A DNA stretch of 64,000 nt, taken from positions 652,346-716,345 of the forward strand of contig CAWIAU010000001.1 in the NCBI GenBank assembly GCA_963834265.1, written 5' to 3'. The notes below the pieces were generated by a model. It had not been told where the DNA came from. It did not search any database and was given only the letters and a program-made list of their open reading frames with translations. The translations under genes and the position numbers were made by a program. Positions within the stretch are counted from its first letter, which is position 1, and each line of letters begins with the position of its first letter. Shown in pieces: positions 58,281-64,000 of the stretch. Source of the stretch: an uncultured bacterium (GTDB lineage Bacteria > Patescibacteriota > Saccharimonadia > Saccharimonadales > 2-12-FULL-41-12).

Positions 58281-58562
58281 CTATTTATTACCTTTACTCA
58301 GATGTTCAGTAAATTCTTGTTTCCAATTCTTAAAGTCAACAACTCCATAAATCAACGTGCCTTTTTCGTCAATTGCTCCGGCAAGACTAAGTGTATCAAT
58401 AAACTCTCTTAAAACTGGATACTTTGCCTGGATTTCTTCAGATAGTTTTTCATTCTCTGGATGATCAAATTTTTCTGCCCACAGTGCAACTTCAATGGGA
58501 TTTTTTGTGCCCGATATTAATTCATCTACAAGTTTGAGCGCTTTCTTGGTCAATTTTTCCAT
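58281..58562 (-). CDS. hypothetical 93-aa protein in the immunity array
   Basis: ORF with helical composition; assigned from context only. Confidence 0.5.
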   Translation of the reverse strand: MEKLTKKALKLVDELISGTKNPIEVALWAEKFDHPENEKLSEEIQAKYPVLREFIDTLSLAGAIDEKGTLIYGVVDFKNWKQEFTEHLSKGNK

Positions 58563-58589
58563 TTTATTTTGAAGAACCCTCGTTAGAAT

Positions 58590-59321
58590 TTACGTATTCA
58601 CGAGGTGTTTAATGGTTTTATTAGCCTCACGAACATATAAATCATCACTACTTATAGATATTAACCTTTCGAGTTGGGGTATCAACTCCACTATTTTCAG
58701 CTTATCTACAGGGTTAAGAGCTGCCAGTTTAACTGACTCGTCGTTGATGAGCTCCTTAATTACTTGTTTTGTTTCCGGTACAAATTTTTTAAATTGCGCA
58801 AGACCCCACACTAACGATACTCGCGCATACGACAAGTTCTTATCCTCACAAAGCTTTGTGTACGCTTGATACGATTCACGATCCTGTAAAGGCACAAGTT
58901 TTACTAGAGTGCCCGCAACAGCCGTTTGGCTATTAATTATGTAGTCCGGCCATTTGCTATCGTATCCCATCAAGCTAAATTTTTGTGCTAAAAGCATGAA
59001 AAGATTTTTATCTCTCTTATGACTATCTAAAATCATTGAGAAAAGAGACCTGACCTGTAGATATTTATCATCATTTATGCTTGCTACAGCAGGTGCAATA
59101 AGTTGTCTGCTGAATTCTTGTTCGCTTCTTATTTTTTTACCAAAATCTGGGAGTGAAAGAATATCGGCCACAATCTTTTTTTCAACATTATTCTTAATCA
59201 GAAAACTCTTAAGAAGCGCTAGTCTTTCGTCGTTAGAAAACGGCTGGCCCCATTTTATATGAGCTTTCTGATTTCTTTCATCAGAAGCATTAATTCTGGT
59301 TAGAAGTTTATCATTTTTCAT
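58590..59321 (-). CDS. hypothetical 243-aa helical-repeat protein in the immunity array
   Basis: ORF; all-alpha repeat-like composition; assigned from context only. Confidence 0.5.
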   Translation of the reverse strand: MKNDKLLTRINASDERNQKAHIKWGQPFSNDERLALLKSFLIKNNVEKKIVADILSLPDFGKKIRSEQEFSRQLIAPAVASINDDKYLQVRSLFSMILDSHKRDKNLFMLLAQKFSLMGYDSKWPDYIINSQTAVAGTLVKLVPLQDRESYQAYTKLCEDKNLSYARVSLVWGLAQFKKFVPETKQVIKELINDESVKLAALNPVDKLKIVELIPQLERLISISSDDLYVREANKTIKHLVNT

Positions 59322-59345
59322 AGCTAGTACGGTTCGTATTATCTT

Positions 59346-59627
59346 TTAATCAAAAGAGTTTTTATTTTGTATGATCTTTTTCAATATTCTTTTAATCTCC
59401 GAGGTTCGCTCAAAACACTGTTCCCTAAAGCCTGGGAAGTCGTGTCCCATCAGCTCAGTGAATTTCTGATACACTAATGCACCTACTTCTGCCTCAGACA
59501 TATGTGGTTCAAAAGCCGACTGGATTGTGGATGCCTCTAAACTATACTCATCTGAAGGGGCTCCAAGTTCCTGGATAAATCCCATGGGATCCCAAGACGC
59601 AAAATATTCTTCTAATACTTTACTCAT
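59346..59627 (-). CDS. immunity-like protein, paralogue 2 (DUF1871-like pattern)
   Basis: [18 protein letters not shown]... The first 18 aa are identical to 60103..60360 and the rest is roughly 40-50 percent identical. WDPxG...AP.DEY resembles DUF1871. Confidence 0.65.
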   Translation of the reverse strand: MSKVLEEYFASWDPMGFIQELGAPSDEYSLEASTIQSAFEPHMSEAEVGALVYQKFTELMGHDFPGFREQCFERTSEIKRILKKIIQNKNSFD

Positions 59628-59713
59628 CTAAACCCTGCCGCCTTAATGCTTTAGGATAAAACTTAGCCATAATTAATACTCTGGGATATTTTTTGGTATT
59701 GGTTTGTCATTTA
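59570..59713 (-). repeat. junction repeat copy B
   Basis: 59570-59645 matches 60303-60378 (immunity 5' end plus toxin tail, about 92 percent by eye). 59650-59713 matches 58128-58191. Confidence 0.85.
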
Positions 59714-60068
59714 TTATGACTTCAATTTTCTCAGGCTGTATCGAGGCAAGCAAATCAGTCCCGTCCACTTTTATGATCTCCAGTTCATGTAAAAAACCAT
59801 TAATTACATGGAGAAGTATGTCGACAACTACTCCATCTGTATCATGCGTAGTACCTTCAACTGGTAAATTATTAAGGGTAACGGCTCTATTAGAACCCTC
59901 TGCTTTAAAGTATATACTTCCGTAGTTATCGTCATCTGCAGCAGAAATAACCGTCGGGGATTTTGTCTGCTGTTTAATTTCTTCACTCCCAGGAAAAGGA
60001 TGCTCCAGAAGCTTACTTATAATCACGTACTCTAGTTCTGTTAATGGACGCTCGGGTATTTCTTTCAT
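59673..60068 (-). CDS. second immunity-like protein (131 aa)
   Basis: Pattern ...DDDNYGSIYF......DTDGVVVDILLHVINGFLHELEIIKVDG resembles a family I recall next to polymorphic toxins (DUF6984-like). That recollection is not verified. Confidence 0.55.
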   Translation of the reverse strand: MKEIPERPLTELEYVIISKLLEHPFPGSEEIKQQTKSPTVISAADDDNYGSIYFKAEGSNRAVTLNNLPVEGTTHDTDGVVVDILLHVINGFLHELEIIKVDGTDLLASIQPEKIEVIINDKPIPKNIPEY

Positions 60069-60102
60069 TATTCAATCCTTATGAAACTAGTGGACTTTCG
60101 TA

Positions 60103-60360
60103 TTATCTTTTGCTCAAAAGAGTTCTCATTTCATGAGATCTATCTAAACATTCTTTTTCAAAACCTACTGGATCAATCCCCATAAAGTCGGTAAATATGG
60201 AATGTACTAACTCTGCCAGCTCCTTATTATCCATGTTAGGCTTAAATTTCCGTGCTATTTCAGCCGCTTCTAAACTATATTCATCTATAGGAGCGCCATC
60301 TTTTTTAATAAATCCCATTGGATCCCACGATGCAAAATATTCTTCTAATACTTTACTCAT
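60103..60360 (-). CDS. immunity-like protein, paralogue 1; start overlaps the toxin stop (ATGA)
   Basis: [31 protein letters not shown]...; ATG at 60360 overlaps the TGA at 60357-60359. Confidence 0.7.
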   Translation of the reverse strand: MSKVLEEYFASWDPMGFIKKDGAPIDEYSLEAAEIARKFKPNMDNKELAELVHSIFTDFMGIDPVGFEKECLDRSHEMRTLLSKR

Positions 60361-61082
60361 CTAAATCCTGCCGCCTTACTGGATTTAGCAATTACCGTCA
60401 CTACTTCACCTTTTGTATTTAATACTACTTTTCCAAGAGCATTTTCATAATTATAGGTATTGCGTCCTGCATCAAATGTTTGTTTACCGTTTTTTACAAT
60501 GTGCTGTATGGCCTGAGGGCTAATCTGCGGACCACCTCTTGTACCAATACTCCTGCCTAGAGCATGTATTCTATAGCCCTGAATTACTCTATCCTTACCA
60601 TAATTTCTTACAACTTGTGGTGCGGCTTTCTTTGCGGCTTGCTTAGCCCCCTGTTTTCCAGCTTGTTTGGCCACGCCTACGCCTGCTGCTCTTAAGGCTG
60701 CCGCACCAATCTGCCAGCATACAGCAACAAATATGCCACAAGTACCGTTTAAATCTCTGTCATTCACCGGATCAGCTGGATACACATAGTTGTTTGGTGT
60801 GCCGCCTTCTACGGGGTCAACTGTCGTGAATCTGCCGAGGGTCTGGATGTATACTCTAGCACCCATCTCCATGGTGGTATTGGTGATCTTGGGTTCGGCC
60901 AGCTTCTGGTGTTGGCCGAGCCAAGCGAAGCTGTCATTGCCGGTTATGTTGGCGGGGGCGGGAGTGGCGGTTTGCTTGCCGAAGGGATCGTAAGTGAATG
61001 TGCCGGTTTGGGTGCCTCCTGCGTCGGTGGTAGCGAAGACGTCACCGTGGACGCTAGTGAGGGGAGAAGGTTTTTTGGGCAT
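60357..61082 (-). CDS. Rhs C-terminal core end plus 129-aa toxin tip (downstream frame of the frameshifted Rhs gene)
   Basis: FTYDPFGK...[39 protein letters not shown] is the Rhs core terminus. The tip (60360..60746) has a hydrophobic/Lys-Ala linker, then [31 protein letters not shown]...[16 protein letters not shown]. Confidence 0.85.
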   Translation of the reverse strand: MPKKPSPLTSVHGDVFATTDAGGTQTGTFTYDPFGKQTATPAPANITGNDSFAWLGQHQKLAEPKITNTTMEMGARVYIQTLGRFTTVDPVEGGTPNNYVYPADPVNDRDLNGTCGIFVAVCWQIGAAALRAAGVGVAKQAGKQGAKQAAKKAAPQVVRNYGKDRVIQGYRIHALGRSIGTRGGPQISPQAIQHIVKNGKQTFDAGRNTYNYENALGKVVLNTKGEVVTVIAKSSKAAGFR

Positions 61083-64000
61083 TCGTAGGCGTAGCGTTCG
61101 GGCGAATTGTCAGCAGCACGCCGCCAGGCAGGCTCAGATACTTTTCGATGACGTTGGTGCTGCTATTCAAAAGAAAGTCTGGACTGTCACTGGAGCTGGT
61201 GTAACCTAGGTAGGTGTCGGTATAAGGTATACTGCTGCCACTGGCTCCCCGGTAGTAAATGCGGTCGGCCACGTCACGGTAGTACTGGATGTTAGCATCC
61301 GATCCGAAGTATTCGCGCACCAGTGAGGTCCGGTCGGAAGCGTCGTAGGCGAACTGCAAGCCGTCCAAGTGGTAGGTCGTACCAAAGCTGGTGGTATTGC
61401 CGTGGGCATCATAGCCAGGCGTAGTCAAAGATTGATCCGAACTGGATACAAGCCGGTCGGCATTGTCGTAGCAATATGTGGTCGTTGCCCCGTTGACGGT
61501 TTGGCTAGTACGGTTGGCATTTTTACCGGAATTTATATTGTAAGTACCCGTGCAAGCTGTGGGAGCGACAAAGTTGTAGGCGTAGGTATTTGTTCCGAAA
61601 GTTGCTGCCGTTAAGCGCCTGGCTTTGTCGTATGTGTACGTTTTGGATTGACTAAGCTCTGTGCCGGAAACCACTTGGCCGGACTGGGAACGCGTTACCG
61701 TGTCGCTTGGGCCAGCGCCGCCACTCCCTAGTGTATACGTCATCGCATTGGTGCGACCAAGCGTATCACGTCCTATGACAAGCTTTTGTTGGCCAGCCGT
61801 TGGATACGTTACTTGCTGCAACCGACTAAAAGCGTCGTAAGCGGTCGTGGCATAAACCGTGCCGTCAAGCTTATGACTAACCAGGCGATTGAAGTTATCA
61901 TAGGTGAATTCTTCGAGTCCCAGTTTGGGCGAAGAACGACTAACCAGGCGGCCGATGGTATCGTAACTGGTTACGGTTTGCCCTGTGACAAATGTATAGC
62001 TCATAGAATCTCTATATCCAACCACCCGGCCGAGTAGGTCAACGGTTGTTTCGACGTTAGTAGGGTCACTTGAGCTTGTAATTAACGGATTGCCATTAAC
62101 TGCCCAGTTATTGTTAATAGTACGTCCTGCCGCACCGACTGAATTTGGCGGAATAACCGTTTGAGTTACACGTCCTCGCGCATCGTGGGTAGTGCAAGTC
62201 CAGGAATCGGCATTGAGCCGATTGGCTACGACCCGTCCGGCATCATCGTAAACACTTTCGCTGACGCGGCCTGTCTGCGGTCCTCCGGCGTCGGGATCAG
62301 CCTCAGTCTTGAGTTTCATCATACCGGCTTGTTTGTACGTCTTGGTCGTGTCGCAGGGGTTTTGACGTGTTTCAGTGCCATTATAGTAGGTATAGTTTGT
62401 GGTCCCGCCGCCCGGCAGTGTTTTGGACGTTTGGCGCAAGTAGCTGCCCGATGCGCCTTGAGTTTCGTAAGTACTGCCTGTGGTTAGTCCAAGACCGGAC
62501 GGATCAAGCGTCGTAGATTGGACTAAGCTAAGTTCCGGATTAGCTCCATAGTTGCTGGTCGTAATGCTATCGCCGACACTGGTGCTGGAGTCAAAGGTTT
62601 TCTGAGTGGTAGCAAGTACGTAGTTTGGCTTGAGCAAGCTGCCCAGAGCGCTGGTTTCTGTGCCCCCCGGAGGCGTCATGTACAGTTCCAGCCGGGCGTC
62701 AGTATCTAGGACGCTGCCGACGGACTTGTTGTAGTAATCTACCCGGAGACGGTGCCAGCTATCGGCAGGATTGCTGGTATTATTGAACACCCCGTTGGCT
62801 GAAGTATTAGCCGGATGCGGACGCTGGGCACCGTCTACCCAGTCATTGATGAGCAAATTGTCGTCTATCCAGACCCGCACCCCGTCATCGGAAAAGGCTC
62901 GGAAGGTATGGTTGCCCCCAGCCGTCAAGTGAATCCAGCCGGTCAAGCTAGTCCCCCAGCCGTTGTTAGCCGCGGGTGTAATGGGCGGACTGCCGCCCCA
63001 TGTCTTGAGTATGTCGCCGCTGGCTGGGCCAACGCCAGTCGTATGGCTCTTGGGGTTGCCGAACAACACCTTAGTGTTAACTCCCGTGCCATTGCTAGCA
63101 GTTGTAACGTCGTAGTAAGCCGCGGCTAAGCCGTTGATTCCCTCTTCAAAAGTAGTCTGGGTGCGCGGTATCTGCGAAGTGTAATCCGTCGGGGCAGTCA
63201 GCGGCTTGTTATCCGTACCAAACCAGGCGGACGGGGCCGGACCGTAGTCATCGGTCTCACGATCGGCATAGTCATAGAGCGAGGTTGATTTAAGCCCGGC
63301 GGGATCGGTTATGGACTTCACCAGGTCTTTGACAGGATCCCACACAGTTGTAACGCTCAGGTTGGCAATGTCGGTATCAGTCAGCGTACGGTAAGTACCG
63401 TCATAGGTTACTTTACGGCTGAAACCATTCGGTTCAGTAGCGTTCGTAACATGCATCTGCGATGTATTGCCTGGTAAGTATTTGTAGGTGTGAGCCAAAC
63501 GAGTAGCACCGGCAGTAGCGGCCGGCAAGGTGACGCTCGCAGCGCGTCCGAGGCCATCATAGGCAACGCTAGTTAGCTCCGTCCCGTCTTGCGTACGTAC
63601 CCCAGCCGCTATGGCATCATTAGCCAGGCTGCCGCGTACCTGTGACAATAAGCCGGATTGATACGCATAGTCGGTAAACTCATTGCCCGGCATGGTTATA
63701 CGGGCAAGACGAGGCACGCTGTTCGCATCATTGACATAGAAAATACCGGTAGTCCTACTGTCCGAGCTGGTCGCACCGCAAATCATGCTCGTCGCACTGG
63801 CCGCAAGAAAGCCGGACGGGGCGGCGGGACAGGCCGAATCGCCGCCGTAGAGCACTTTGAGCCAACGACTAGAATCTACGCCGTCAGTGATCTGCGTAAT
63901 ACGAGCCGCCGAGCCGCTTGAGCTTCCATAAGTATATTTTAGGGCTGCCGGATTGCGGTCGTCAGCCGGACGGGTAACCGACTTAATCGTCCCGTCGCTA
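61054..64000 (-). CDS. Rhs/YD-repeat protein body with embedded PA14-like domain; N-terminus beyond the window
   Basis: YD repeats: [47 protein letters not shown]. My translation shows the frame stays open from 63856 to 64000 (..[27 protein letters not shown]..). PA14-like segment at 62665..63138. Confidence 0.9.
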   Translation of the reverse strand, partial: SDGTIKSVTRPADDRNPAALKYTYGSSSGSAARITQITDGVDSSRWLKVLYGGDSACPAAPSGFLAASATSMICGATSSDSRTTGIFYVNDANSVPRLARITMPGNEFTDYAYQSGLLSQVRGSLANDAIAAGVRTQDGTELTSVAYDGLGRAASVTLPAATAGATRLAHTYKYLPGNTSQMHVTNATEPNGFSRKVTYDGTYRTLTDTDIANLSVTTVWDPVKDLVKSITDPAGLKSTSLYDYADRETDDYGPAPSAWFGTDNKPLTAPTDYTSQIPRTQTTFEEGINGLAAAYYDVTTASNGTGVNTKVLFGNPKSHTTGVGPASGDILKTWGGSPPITPAANNGWGTSLTGWIHLTAGGNHTFRAFSDDGVRVWIDDNLLINDWVDGAQRPHPANTSANGVFNNTSNPADSWHRLRVDYYNKSVGSVLDTDARLELYMTPPGGTETSALGSLLKPNYVLATTQKTFDSSTSVGDSITTSNYGANPELSLVQSTTLDPSGLGLTTGSTYETQGASGSYLRQTSKTLPGGGTTNYTYYNGTETRQNPCDTTKTYKQAGMMKLKTEADPDAGGPQTGRVSESVYDDAGRVVANRLNADSWTCTTHDARGRVTQTVIPPNSVGAAGRTINNNWAVNGNPLITSSSDPTNVETTVDLLGRVVGYRDSMSYTFVTGQTVTSYDTIGRLVSRSSPKLGLEEFTYDNFNRLVSHKLDGTVYATTAYDAFSRLQQVTYPTAGQQKLVIGRDTLGRTNAMTYTLGSGGAGPSDTVTRSQSGQVVSGTELSQSKTYTYDKARRLTAATFGTNTYAYNFVAPTACTGTYNINSGKNANRTSQTVNGATTTYCYDNADRLVSSSDQSLTTPGYDAHGNTTSFGTTYHLDGLQFAYDASDRTSLVREYFGSDANIQYYRDVADRIYYRGASGSSIPYTDTYLGYTSSSDSPDFLLNSSTNVIEKYLSLPGGVLLTIRPNATPTNAQKTFSPH

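Noticed and set aside
59629-59672. The 16-codon ORF MAKFYPKALRRQGLDE in the junction repeat as a functional micro-gene.
   Set aside because: It spans the spacer and the toxin-tail remnant in a different frame from the ancestral toxin. In copy A the same frame reads MAKFYPKVVRRQVVGDSIT*, so the peptide sequence and length are not preserved between copies. It is most simply a by-product of the repeat.
61060-61082. Programmed -1 ribosomal frameshifting on the A-rich CAAAAAAC site of the Rhs gene.
   Set aside because: A -1 slip from the body frame gives AAC-CTT-CTC-CCC-TCA..., a third frame, not the toxin frame. The toxin frame needs +1, or loss of one A. No downstream stimulatory structure was evident. 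Indel error or slippage mutation is the simpler explanation.
1-64000. An alternative genetic code (for example UGA=Gly as in Gracilibacteria/Absconditabacteria) as the explanation for the broken fusA, rpoC and Rhs ORFs.
   Set aside because: All breaks are frame changes, not in-frame stops. About 45 conserved genes here read full-length under the standard code, with TAA, TAG and TGA all used as terminators.
1-64000. CRISPR arrays, rRNA genes, transposases/IS elements and intact prophage genes.
   Set aside because: I found no regularly spaced direct repeats, no rRNA-like sequence, and no transposase, integrase or phage structural motifs anywhere in the window.

Overview
Window from a small-genome bacterium that uses the standard code. 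It shows Candidate Phyla Radiation/Patescibacteria hallmarks and is probably Saccharibacteria-like; that lineage call is inference only. About half the window (25.4-56.5 kb, minus strand) is the conserved rpoB-rpoC / str / S10 / spc / alpha supercluster. The order is rpoB, rpoC, rpsL, rpsG, fusA, tuf, rpsJ, then rplC through rplO, secY, infA, rpmJ, rpsM, rpsK, rpsD, rpoA, rplQ, rplM, rpsI. There is no L30, adk or map.

Four genes are inserted at positions that are normally invariant:
- an ABC exporter between rplO and secY
- a small membrane protein between rpsJ and rplC
- a 94-aa Cys-containing ORF between rpsG and fusA
- two orphan ORFs between tuf and rpsJ

The left third (0-25 kb) holds housekeeping and accessory genes:
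- a partial histidine kinase
- an ArgG fused to a CarB-type MGS-like domain
- pyrD, pyrF and pyrE
- a GT4 / GH57 / GH15 glycogen cluster
- four tRNAs
- def, holB, rluD-like and trpS
- a roughly 3-kb decayed island behind tRNA-Trp
- a GC-rich structured RNA candidate

The right end (57.4-64 kb) is the most interesting part. It carries an Rhs/YD-repeat polymorphic-toxin gene that runs off the window edge, contains an embedded PA14-like domain and ends in a 129-aa C-terminal tip. Behind it lies an array of immunity-like genes in which the last 8 codons of the toxin plus the first ~19 codons of the immunity gene recur three times.

Caveat on sequence quality: I count at least 9 single-base indels inside otherwise conserved ORFs (6 in fusA, 1 in rpoC, 1 in the Rhs gene, 1 in a hypothetical gene). 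Assembly quality therefore has to be settled before any pseudogene or recoding claim is made. All similarity statements come from my own reading of motifs. No database search was run.
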